A DNA stretch of 64,000 nt from assembly GCF_009914755.1 (NCBI RefSeq), contig NC_060929.1; one strand, 5' to 3'. The DNA is from the human T2T-CHM13v2.0 reference genome, Homo sapiens. This document shows positions 49,111-64,000 of the stretch, in pieces (position 1 is the stretch's first letter; every line of letters starts with the position of its first letter). The position numbers were made by a program, and so were the translations under genes. The notes under the pieces are model-generated. The model was not told the origin of the DNA. It did not search any database and saw nothing but the letters and a program-made list of their open reading frames with translations.

Positions 49111-52100
49111 CTACAGCTTAGTCTTAAGAAGAAGTATGTTCACATAGGCCAGGCTGAGACTTGGATGTTGGATGACTTTCTTCCAGCTTACTCTGATTTG
49201 AATATATTGTGTGGTAGTAGATGGCTAAACTGCTTGCTCCAAAACTATCTGACAATGCTTTTTAGAAAGTCTGCCAAACAAAACTACAAGAATCACCCTG
49301 GAGCTTCCCTTAGGCTTCAGATATTTGTCTTCCCTGCCCTACTTGGAAATCATTCCAGCCTGGAAGTCATTGTGAGGAACCAAAAAATGGTCTCCCTACC
49401 ATGAAGAATAACACTGCTTCCATTGTTGGGAGGCTCTCCTTCCTACAGGCACTGTCCCTCACTCATTAGACACTTGAATAATAAGGATGTTCATATATTT
49501 ATTGGTGTTGGTATCAGTTAGACAGTTGAATGATACAAATGTTCATATATTTCTTCTTATTCAATAGTCTCACAAGAACACTATTCTTGTAAAGTCATTA
49601 AAAACTGGATGGTCTTTTCATAATTATTTCCATGATTTGTCATCTAAAGCCAGTGTTCTCTCCTCCTGTCAATCTGATAGCTTTAAAGCTAAGTTCTGGG
49701 TGGGTCCAAGTCATGCCTGAAAGGTTTATCAAATGACATATTGCAGTCATATGGTCGGAGCACAAACACCTCTGAATGTACAATATTTTAAAGCAAAACA
49801 GTTTATGTGTAAGCTCTATGAGGTTACGGACCATGACTATCTTATTTATTACCAAATCCCCAGCTCCTAGAACAGTGCCCCTCAATATAAATCTGTCAAA
49901 TGAATAAACGAAGAGTTTGCCTGCAGTAGTAAACTTGTTATTTGCACACACTCGAGGCCCACCTCTATGTGTACATTGTCAGTGAGTCAGCCTCGTGGAT
50001 GACTCTGCAGGACTGTCTGTATAACATCCACTACAGTTACCAGGGGACCCAATTTTCATAAATTGCTCCAGCATCACACCCTCCTCTTACAGAGACTCTT
50101 CCTGTCCATTCTAATCCCTGACACGTTGTCATCCTCACTCAGATTCCCCAATAGATAGAAATGCTGTTAAATATACTTGGGTAGAGAGGGATAGGCATGC
50201 TCAAACTCCTTTTGGGAAAAAAAATTGCAACTGTCAGAAATGTGTTAGCTATCTTCACAGATTATGAAACATAAATATCAATTATCTGTTCACAGCAGTG
50301 AAAGCCTGCATATTTTTTTAAGATAGCAAGTATAAAACGGCTATAAGTACCATGTTGAGTAGAGACCTACCACCGAAGTAGAGACCTTCACTGAAATAGT
50401 GAAGGGATGGTTGTGTTGCAGGGTCAGAATGATTACCCACTGGTTGACACTCCCTCCAGGACTAAAGGCAGCATCACCAGCGTCCACTCTGCTTCTCCAC
50501 TGCTTACTGTTAAGGAGCAAGGCAATAGCATTATCTAAGTAGGAACTACTTCATTCTTTCAAAACCTGGAATCGGCTGATCAGAAGAAGAAAAACAGTAT
50601 AAAAATACAGAAAGACAAGATTCTCTGGCTGTCCTAATGAATGCTAGCTAGCTATAATAGCATGGATAAGACATATAACCAAACATATAAGATCTATTAA
50701 TTAAGGGGAATCTCTATTTGTATTAACTCATCTATTTTCTCTAAAACCAGTATTTAGTTATCTCCCATACATTGGCATATTGTGTATATTTGCAGAATTC
50801 AAAATGTTACTGATGTGACTTTTTTCCATCAGACATCTGAGCTATCCCTCAACTAATAGTTGAGCTGTTCCTCTATAGCTCAGTATCTGAGTTAGAACTC
50901 GAAGTAAAAAGGTATAAATAAGTCATGCTATAAAATTCAAAGGCAATCAGATGTTTGAGACTATAGTTATACAGAAAAGTGTCCTTGTTCTTGGGAGGAA
51001 TACATCGAGGAGTTTAGGGATAGAGGGCTATGATGTGTGCAGTTTTCTCTCAGGTGGTTCAGAGAAAAAAAGACAATGTGTGTGTATGTATATTTGTGTG
51101 TATGTGCACATAGAGTGATACTGCAAATGAGGTGGAATGTTTACAATGAGTGAATGCATGTGGTTTTTTTTTTTTTTTTTTTGCACTACCCATGAAGCTT
51201 TCCAGTGTGTCTGAAATAACTTCCAGATAAAACTTTTTTTAAAGGCAATCAGAACAGTGGCAATGAATAATTCAATTATTTCATATTTGAGCTGTCTTTC
51301 CTGCCACCCCCACCCCCTATAACACTACATACATACATAGGCTCACATAAGTGACACTTACTATACTTTTTTGCCTATGTAATGAGTGTTGGCGAAGTAC
51401 GTGAGTGGGAAATTCAGTCTTTTGCATTCAAGCTCTAAGTAATTCTAAGAGACCTTTTAGATAATGATTTGACTTTTAAGACAACAATTTTGAGGTTATA
51501 ATATGATGTCATTTCATATAAACAGAACTGCCCTTTTGTCCTTTCAGATTTGATTGAAAATGGCCCATGGAGTACAACCACCTGGGAACATATCCTCGAG
51601 AAAGACAGTTGAGGCTTATTGCCTAAACCACAGGCTACTGAAAACTTGGCCAAAGGCGACTACTCTAGACTGGTGACTTCAAAAGTGCTGATGAATACAG
51701 TGAACCATGAAAGATGCATTATTTGTTTTGAACATTTTACTATGATTGATGACCCAGATTTGGCAAGTTAGTTCACTCCCAGTGGAGATGAAAGTTTCAC
51801 TGCCTTCTTTCTTTCAACATTCTTGTTGAGACAGATTTCACTTTTATTGGCCAATGTACTAACAAATCACTTGCATTTGCAGCATAATGAATTCATTAGC
51901 AACACTGTGGATCAATGCTATACATAATATTCCTGAGTCAACATTAACTCTTAATTAAACTTCCTTATTATAATGCCTCTGGAAATTTTCCTTCAGGCTA
52001 CTAAACTTCAAGCCAACAGTCTAAGTGTTAATCAGTAATCATGCTAGTAACTTTTTGAGATGGGTCAGGGCCAGGGCCAGGGTCAGTGATCCATCATGAA

Positions 52101-53364
52101 TGGCAGGTTTAAAAATGGATATACGTGATCAAAAATACCCATAAGTTGACCAAAGCATTCTAACCTTTGGGTTATTCTAACACTCAGTGTATCAGCCTTC
52201 TGAGCAAGCCAATTTTTTATTGCCTTAAAAAGTCTAAAAGAAAGATAAAAACAGAGATAATCAGTTTTGTTTGGCAATGGCAGGGGTGTGGGAAATGAAA
52301 AAGAAGAAAGTTAAAGATGAGTGAAAATAGGATAGTCTTGGCACTTTGGTATGAAATTGAAGTACTTATTTAAACTGATGAATATTGTACAGAAATATAC
52401 AGAGAGCAGTGAGGGGCTAAGAACCTAATTCCAAGGTAACTACAAGGAAAAAATTATTGATCTGGATTGTGACCAGAATTCAAGAGTTTGACTGTTGTCA
52501 TTGTTGCTGTTGTTATTAAGTTAAAAAAAATGAGAAAAAAATATACTTTTTTCTAGTATACTTACCAGGAAAGGAAAGAGAGAAGGAGGGAGGGAAGGAG
52601 GGAGACATGGAGGGGGCAGAGGGAGAGAGAGACAAAGACACTGACAAAGTCTGGAAAAAGACACAAATTCAGATTTAAGATCCCAAAATATGCTACATTT
52701 CTGCCCCCTTCAAAATATTAAACTTTGCTAAAATACACTGGAAATTTTTTTTATTGTTTATTTTTTAAATCAACTAGCAGACCAATTAGCCAAGATGATA
52801 TTTTCATCCTTGGTACTCTTTCAGGTGAGCTCTGTGGGCTACCACCAGAAAGTCCTAGCCAACCAAGCTCTCACTGGGTCACTCTGTGCTAGCTAGACTA
52901 CATAGCCTCCTAAAAAAGCACGCAGCCCTGATGCTGGTCCTGCCAAAGTGTGGTTTGCTGTCATGTCCTACAGGCTACCCGTTTCCCAGTGATTTATCAT
53001 AATAAACCAAATGGGAATGAAATACCCAGAAATATGCCATAAATCTACTAGTGGTGAATTTTCAATATTCTGCACACCATGGTGATTTGTTAATTCAGTT
53101 GGATCTCTATTAAACCTCTCTAAAATGTCATTAAACCATCTGTTTTGACTTGTTAATCAAACAACTTTTAAAAATGTATTTAGAGTATCAGTAACCCTTG
53201 AATTAATGCATCCATCAGTAATAATCCCCTCTCCAACTTTAGATTTATTTTTAAGCTCTAGCTTTTTCCCCCACCATTCCAACAAATAGCCTGACTTCCA
53301 AAAGTAAGAATCAATCACTTCAGTTGTAGAAATGTCCAGAGGGTGCCCTACTTTCGAAACAGGA

Positions 53365-53520
53365 AGTAACTTGATCCAGCAGTCCCACTTCTTGGTATAT
53401 ATCCAAAAGAACTGAAATCTGGATCTTAAAGAGATATTTTCACTGCAGCATATTTGTAATAGCTAAGATACAGAGGCAACCTAAATGTCCATCAACAGAT
53501 GAATGGACAAAGGAAATGTG

Positions 53521-53581
<61 letters not shown>

Positions 53582-54075
53582 ATGAAATATTATTCAGCCC
53601 TAAAAAAGGAAGGAAATCCTGTCATTTACAACAAGTTGGATGGAACTGGAGGACATCATGCTAAGTGGAATAAACCAGACACAGAAGGACAAATACTGCA
53701 TGATCTCACTTACATGTATAATCCAAAATAGTCAAACTGATGGAAGCAGAAAGTAGAATGGTAGTTGCCAGAGGCTGGGGGAAGATGGGAATTGGTAGAT
53801 GTGGTCAAGGGTTACAAAGTTTTAGTCTTGCAAAATAAGTTCTGGAAAGCTGCTGTATAACATAAGTATACAATCAACAATACTATATTGTATACTTAGA
53901 AATTTGGTAAAAGGGTAGCTGTTATATTAAGTGTCCTTACCATGAAAGGAAAACAAAACAAAAAAACCCAAAAAGATGGGAGGAAACTTTTGGAGGCAAT
54001 GAATAAGTTTATGGCATTGATTGTAATGGTGGTTTTAGGGTGTATACCTGTCTCCAAACATCTTGCAGAATAAAC
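53365..54075 (+). mobile_element. Old L1M 3' fragment containing a (CA)n tract
   Basis: gatccagcagtcccacttcttggtatatatccaaaaga, caacctaaatgtccatcaacagatgaatgg, ggacaaatactgcatgatctcactt. Confidence 0.88.
53524..53575. repeat. (CA)n microsatellite, ~25 units
   Basis: Seen directly. Confidence 0.98.
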
Positions 54076-55109
54076 ATATTAAATCTAAAGTTTCCTTGGG
54101 AAAGAAGATGAGAAAATAATTGTCAAGAGACTGTACACCAATAAAATAGTCAAGGAGTACAATGAAAACTTAGGAATCCCATTTCTTCCTTTGACTCACA
54201 CTGTTTGATGATATCATTCACATCGGCATTTGGAAGTTATTGAGACATTTCAACATAAGATTGTCCTTATGATCTATGATTTGGGACTCTCTTATAAGAA
54301 AGTCCATTCTATACCAATTTGTTTTGTTCCTTGGTAACTAGACCTTCTTTAATTGGATCTAAGAATTAATATTCCTATCTCATAAAGAAGACTAAAAGGA
54401 TCCAAGTAGATGGAGTTTCAAAGGTGGTCCCCATAAAAGCATTTTTACCTTAAGCAAAGATGTCCCAATTTTTCCTGCTTGCTTTTCGGATGCTGTTCTA
54501 AAAAAAATGTACCTTATTCCTTCTACTAAAAGAAAACCTATCAATTCATTGATTCATTGAACAAATATTTATTGAACATGTAGTATGTACTAAACACTGG
54601 GTAAGATTCCAGATATGCAAAGAGGAATAAGTCCCTGCCCTTAAGAAAACTCACAGTGTGGTCAAGCTAACAATTCTAGAGCAACTGTGTGATAAGGGCT
54701 CCAAAAGCACATGCAGGAACACAGAGAGAGGCACTCTTAGTCTTGGAGGGGCTTCCTACAGTGGGCAATTTTTGATGTGTCACAAAAGGAGGAGCTATTA
54801 GGGCACAAGAAGAGCAAGGGTGAAGTGCAGAAAGGAGTGAATAGATGGGGAGGGGACCCAGGCAAAGAGAATAACATCAGCAAAGGTGCAACTTCATGGG
54901 AACACAGTACATTTGGAAGCCTGCCCACCATTTGTTACAGCAGAATGCATGTGTGGGTGGAGATGAGGCTGCAGAGATGGGCTGGAGAGGATTATGAGAG
55001 ATGGATGACTAGCAAAGGAAGTTGGTCATGTCCTTATGTGGTGGGGGACCATGGAAAGATTTTTATTTATAAGACGTGGTTTATTCTTCATTCTGTGGCA
55101 AAAAGCAGA

Positions 55110-55800
<691 letters not shown>

Positions 55801-58329
55801 GAAGGAAAAATAGGCCTTTCTGTAGCGTGAGCTGAAAGACAGAAAATAGCCATAGGTTTCTAAAGAGAGAAAAAGATATATGTTTGACAATATGTTTCAA
55901 TTAGTACTTTTTTTGAAATGCAGTAAGTTACCTATACCTTATTCCATTTCTAATCTATATGATGGCATTTAAATATTGACTAGGTTTCTGATACAGTTTT
56001 TGGAGTCTGAATGTCACTGCATGGATGAATAAACCAAACAGATCGGATTCATATGGGTTTGCCAAATGACAAATTTTTTTCCATGTAAGATTAGAGGAAA
56101 AACTGATTTCACCCAATTTCCTGCCTTATTTATATTAGAACTGAAGTCAATGCTGTTATCCCTTTGCATGTTCTTTTGTATTTAAAATCTGATATAGAAT
56201 TGTGCTGTTACAGAAGAAATAATTTAATGCATTCTGCCCTCTTATTTCTCATGAGTTTTCATTTAAAAGAAAACAAAAAAGAAAAAGGACATGGACTTTT
56301 CTTTATTTCTAGACTTTATAAACTTTTTAGTTATCAAATAAACACATGTATTAATTAAGTAGGTAAAATATTGCATATATTAAAAGGTACTTGGAGACTC
56401 ATATGTTGTCAGTTTTTCATGACTCAAAATTTATGAAAAACCATCTAAGACTATCGTAATGAAGTTCAATTGTAGATCTTGAAGTGACAAAACATGAACC
56501 ACATTGACTTGAGGTCCAGGGCTTAAAACTGCCTATTTGAGCTCTAGGTTAAAAGCATGTGTGAAATGCAAAGTCTGACATCTGCACAGCTGACTATTGT
56601 GAAGTCTCAGTATCATTGTTCATAAGTAAAGCTTGTCCCTAAGCCATACCACAAGCATTCCCAGAGGATATAGATTTCATTTGATTTAACATGATTGTTG
56701 ATATTGGTAGTGTATTTCACGTGAACTTGTGAAATCATTGTCTATACAGACAATTGAGACACTAAAACTTTTTTTTAAGTATTTTTTGTTAGGGGCTAGA
56801 TCTGAGGTTTTTTATTCATTTGTTCTTTTGTTCACTCATTTGTTAGTTCAGTTATTTACTCAAAAATGTATATTGAGCAATTCCTATATGGCAGACACTG
56901 ACAGATGCTGGATTCAGTGATGAGCAAAGCATTCGTGGTTTCTATGCCCAAGGATCCTATCCCGTGGAGTGTAGAGTCAAGCAAAGAATGTCAACAACAA
57001 ATGAAAATTTTAATCTTATTAATGTTATATGCAAAAATGTAACACCTCCAAAAAAGACAATTTATTTCCTATTAAGGAATGAAGGCAGTCCACTGAGGAA
57101 GATCAACATGTAAGCACATGTAAAGCAAAATAATCAATAGGTAATGTAGTTTTTGAAAAAGAAGGGGCTTTAAGCAGGAAGTCCTGGGTTTGGACTTGGG
57201 TTTCAAATCTAGCTATGTACTCTTGGGCCACATACCCAAGTCTTGTAAGTCTCAGTTTCCTCCTTTTTAAAGTTAGCCTAAAACTACCTCGCTCATCTAA
57301 TGGTGTGAGAATTAGGTAAACAGCCAGGTAGCTCATCAAATTGTAATTATTATAATTGTTATTTTTTGAGTCATGAAAGTTTTCACACTGAAGGGAACAT
57401 TTCAACTTGACCTGGAAGAGTAAGTAGTTTATCAGGCAGAAAGAATTTGTTAGGGTATTCCAGAGAGAAGGAACAAAATGTACAAATTCAAGTAGTCAGA
57501 ATCAAAATGGTTTCTTAAAGGAATGACAAACAGATCAGTGCAGTTGGAGCCTAAAGTTATCTAAATAATCCGTTAGACCTTTTCTTTAACTGATAAAATA
57601 AAGCAAGCATTCCAAAAATCAATTTAAATCCATCTTCCTCCTTATACCTCTCCATTCCCCATACCATGGAAACACAGTTTTACCTCTTTTACAATGAGTT
57701 GTCAGCATGAAGAGACTTGGTTCATTAAGATTAGCAAACTTCACAGCATTGAACAAAAGATAAAGAAAAGTTTATAGCAAATACGTTCCATGTGAAAGCA
57801 TCTCCAGCAGGTTCAGAAGATGCAATGAAAAGACTAAAACTTGATATAGGGATATTTCAGTGGTGCTTGTACCAGCGTCCTAACATTTTGTTCTACCTTA
57901 GTAAAATCTATCCCTTATTACTCATCCTATCTGTAGACTCTCTTATGGAACAAGAAGCTTTTTTTTTTTTTTTTCCCTAATCCCGTGGGGAAGCCCTCTC
58001 CTTCCCTGGGTGATTCCTGAGCAACCAGGAAAACAGCAGTCACAGTCAACACAGCTAGTACTTGCAGAAAATCTCTCTTCTGTGATCCTCTGAATGACTC
58101 ACAGTTCCAGATGGCCTTGTCAGCCTTTATCCGCATTCCACTCTTGGCACCATTAACCTGGTCTAGTGTGGTTGCAACAAATAACTTTTCTTGTTATGAG
58201 GACCAGTGTTTTGAAAAATTTAAAATGTTATAAAATTAAAATGTTTATATTTGGAAATTATTTCCAAATATAAAAGGAGCCTGTCTTCATTATAGATTAT
58301 TTGGAAAAAATGCAGAGGGGTGCAAAAGA

Positions 58330-60760
<2,431 letters not shown>

Positions 60761-62089
60761 TTGGGACTTTCAACCTTCGGAATTCATTCAACAAATATTT
60801 GAGCATCTATATTTGGCAGCCTCTATTCTAGCCACCGGAGACACAGTGGTAAACAGAATTTAAAAAGCCTTGTGTTATCATGAACACAAATATATAAGTG
60901 TTTATTTAATCCCTCTGTTTTCAGAATGGCACTCAGTCTTCAACCTGCCTAGGCCCCCCTTGTCTAGGGACGGTTTTACATTCATCAGGAAGTATACCCC
61001 TTGTATACTTGTTTTTCAGCTTCCAAAATTTTGTTGCTGTTATCTCCCTTCCCACTTTCTTTGTCTTTGTCATTTATGCCTATAAACATCCATTGATGGT
61101 TTTCTGAAGGCAGAGGAGTTAAATGGATATGTTAATTACTATAGATGTAATCAGAGGTCTTCATGTTGTTTTTTTGTTTTCTGTTTTACTATTCTAACTT
61201 GGCATTTATAGATCTTCTTTGTGAGTAGTCTGAATTTGTCTTTAATGATTTAACATTGAAACAGTATTTTCCTTACTTATTTGCATAAGCTCTTTCTTTG
61301 TTAGTGTATTAGCCATTGACCTGCAATATCTTTTAGGATGACCGATTCTGAAGCCTGCTGACTGAGTTGCTTGTGGTTCCTGTCATTTAGAATGTATGCA
61401 GGTCATGAATCGCTTAGATGGAACAGATGGAATGAAACTTGCTCTAAATATTTTACCAAAATAAATACATTTAAATAATGTAAAGAAAAATCTTCAATCA
61501 CTAGGCTTTGAACTTATAACAGAAAGGTATCTGCTTTTAACTATATTAATTCAACAAACTTTATTGAACAGTTGGTAAGTATGAAGCATCATCTCTCTGA
61601 GAACAAAATACCAAGGAACTGAGTCCCATCCTTACAGGATTCTCAGGAGTAAATGGGTCAATACATAGTTATAAAATGATGAGGGCTGATCTATAGCAGA
61701 AGTACAAAGCTGAGAACAACTCACTTGACCTGCTAAGCTGGGGAATTCAGGAAGGGTTCAGATCTAAAGAGCAGACATTTGAGGTGGTTCTTGAAATATG
61801 AGCACAATGATGGTTTTACCAGGCTGCAAAGGTGACAAAGTGCATTCCAGGCTGATAAAAGAGGGCATGCAAAATATGGCAGGTACAAAAATGTGTATTT
61901 AAGGAAGAATGAGAAGTTTCTGGAAGTTGCTGAAGATACAGAAAATAAAGTGGGGGGCGGGGGGGGCGGGTGGTTGGAGATGAGGAGGAGATGGTAGGCT
62001 TGATTCAAATTATGGAAATGTATTTATAATGCACCAACTTGTAAAGACACTGTTGTTCCCTACCCAGCAGCCACTAGAATTTGTTCAGG

Positions 62090-62560
62090 TGTCAGGCGGT
62101 TGGTGCTTCAAGGGAGATCAGGCCCCTCCCAGGACCAGGATGAACCATGATTACTTCCCAGCCAATTTCATAGCATTTCTCTTGCCAATGAATGGCTTAG
62201 ATATAAGCATATGATGAATTTGTTTCTAATACAGATCTGAGAAAGAAATCTGTTAAGGAACTTCTGGTAAAGTTTTTATCTTTCTTAAAAAGTGACAGAA
62301 GAAAAGGAAGTTGTATAAATATACTTAGAGCTGCTGTAGTCATCTTGAGACCATAAGAGGATAAAACTGAGATCAAAAACTACTGTGCTGAGGATGGGTG
62401 ACTAGAAAGAAGGAAAGAATCTGGATTCTTGATGCATGTTTGTACTACTAGAATCATTCTATCACTACCTTCTTATTATATAATTCAATAAATCTCTTAT
62501 TATTTAAGCTATTTTAAATGAAGCCTTCTGTTATATGCAGCCTAAACAAATATACTGATT
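62090..62560. mobile_element. Old MaLR LTR (MLT1-type) relic
   Basis: gagctgctgtagtcatcttgagaccataagagg..tatttaagctatt..ttctgttatatgcagcctaaac motifs. Confidence 0.55.
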
Positions 62561-62926
62561 CAAGCTCCCAGCAAATTCTGTCACACATAATTCAAGGAAC
62601 GTTTGTTAATAACTTCATACTATTATATGGGGAATAAATGATTAGTCAAGAAAGACTTTCTGTTTTGAAAAATTCTGGAAAGATGATAATACAGTATGTA
62701 GATTTATTGTCATGGCTAATATACATCTACATATAACATGAATTACCTTGGAGTAGTAATAAAAGGGCAGAGTAATAACTTGTGCAGAGCCCTAGACTAG
62801 AAAAGTTGAAAATATAAAATGGAGGAAAAAGTGAGTTATGAGATTCAGTAATATGAAAGTATAAGAAATAAAAGAATCCAAAAGCCATAGAAGGTTGAAA
62901 CTGAAAAGAATTTTAGAAAGCGTCTA

Positions 62927-63221
62927 GGCCAGGTGTGGTGGCTCACACCTGTAATCCTAGCACTTTGGGAGGCCGAGGCAGGCAGATTGCTTGAGGCCAG
63001 GAGTTCCAGACCAGCCTGGCCAACATGGTGAAACCTCATCTCTACTAAAATACGAAAACATAACTAGGCGTGGTGGTGCATGCCTGTAATCCCAGCTACT
63101 TAGGTGGCTGAGGTGGAAGGATTGCTTCAACCTAGGGAGGCAGAGGTTGTAGTGAGCCAAGATCGTACCACTTCATTCCAGCCTGGGTGACAGAGTGAGA
63201 CACTGTTTCAAAAAATAAAAA
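62927..63221 (+). mobile_element. Alu (AluS/J-like)
   Basis: ggccaggtgtggtggctcac...A-rich tail; degraded TSD aga(a)agcgtcta/agagagtcta. Confidence 0.96.
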
Positions 63222-63523
63222 GAGAGTCTAGCCTAAACCCCTTAATTATACAGATTGAAAACCAGTCCTGGAGAAATTGGAAGTCCTCAAAGAGTTTACC
63301 ATTAATGGTGGAACCAGGACTTCCACACAATGTTCTGACTTCCTTTAGAGCACTTTTTATTATATCATATAGTTCCTTACTTCTCACTATTAATAGAGAT
63401 TATTTTACTAAGAGTAAGTATAATAAGAGCTGATCAGAAGACCTGAGAGACATAATGGAGTGTCAATTCTAATTTGCTGTTGGCTCCTTGAAATGCTTTG
63501 TTGAGAAGGAGTAAAAAGCTTAC

Positions 63524-63525
<2 letters not shown>

Positions 63526-63571
<46 letters not shown>
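63526..63571. repeat. (CA)n microsatellite, ~22 units
   Basis: Seen directly. Confidence 0.98.
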
Positions 63572-63573
<2 letters not shown>

Positions 63574-64000
63574 TTCTTAATTATGTCTACCATGGGCATG
63601 GGATGGTAGGAATGCCATGTAACTAGTTTCCATGGATGGAAACCACCTAATGGGAAATAGAGAAAAAGAAAAAGAAAAGAAATTGTGTGTAAATTTTCAG
63701 CTCATTTTGGCTTAGATTACATGATGAAACTTATTTCTTTGAAAAACTCATTTGATTTTGAATTAGATTATATGGAACTTCTCCTTTGTCAATTTTAATT
63801 TCTTGTCTTGTTTTAGTTTGCTTTTCTGAGCAGTAGATATCCTCCCAATTGGAGATTCCGCAAAATTAGTACTTAGTCATCTTGGTTCCTTTCAAGTAGA
63901 AAAGTTTCTTTTAAATACTTCAAATCATTGGTATGCACATTTGTTGCAAAAAAAAACCTCATTCTGGAAAATGTTGCTTATTTTATTATCCAAAAAATAG

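Noticed and set aside
50358-50400. Short direct repeat agtagagacct..cac.gaa twice
   Set aside because: Simple ~19-bp local tandem duplication with no further structure.

Overview
Human (primate) genomic DNA, almost entirely intronic, inside PDE4D (cAMP phosphodiesterase 4D), which is transcribed on the minus strand. The only host coding sequence lies at 27324-27572: the 113-nt common UCR2 exon ([38 protein letters not shown]) and, contiguous with it, the PDE4D1-specific N-terminus containing the 86-nt retained/spliced intron that distinguishes PDE4D1 from PDE4D2. A CpG island (about 27260-28530) is the internal promoter of the short isoforms. The rest is repeat-rich intron: the 3' 4.8 kb of a dead L1PA, several 5'-truncated L1s, 17 Alus, MaLR LTRs, MER81, L2/MIR relics and microsatellites. 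I see no evidence of a wholly new gene system. The best leads are (i) a 48-codon uORF in spliced PDE4D2 mRNA that stops 1 nt before the MASNK AUG (TGA-G-ATG), (ii) an in-frame stop followed by AATAAA just inside the downstream intron, which could yield a catalytically dead truncated isoform, (iii) a 33-nt tRNA-Leu(CAA) 5'-half tailless retrocopy with target-site duplication, and (iv) two inverted L1PA copies flanking the exon that share several non-consensus variants. Repeat subfamily names and consensus comparisons are from memory, not from a database search; edges of old repeats are approximate.
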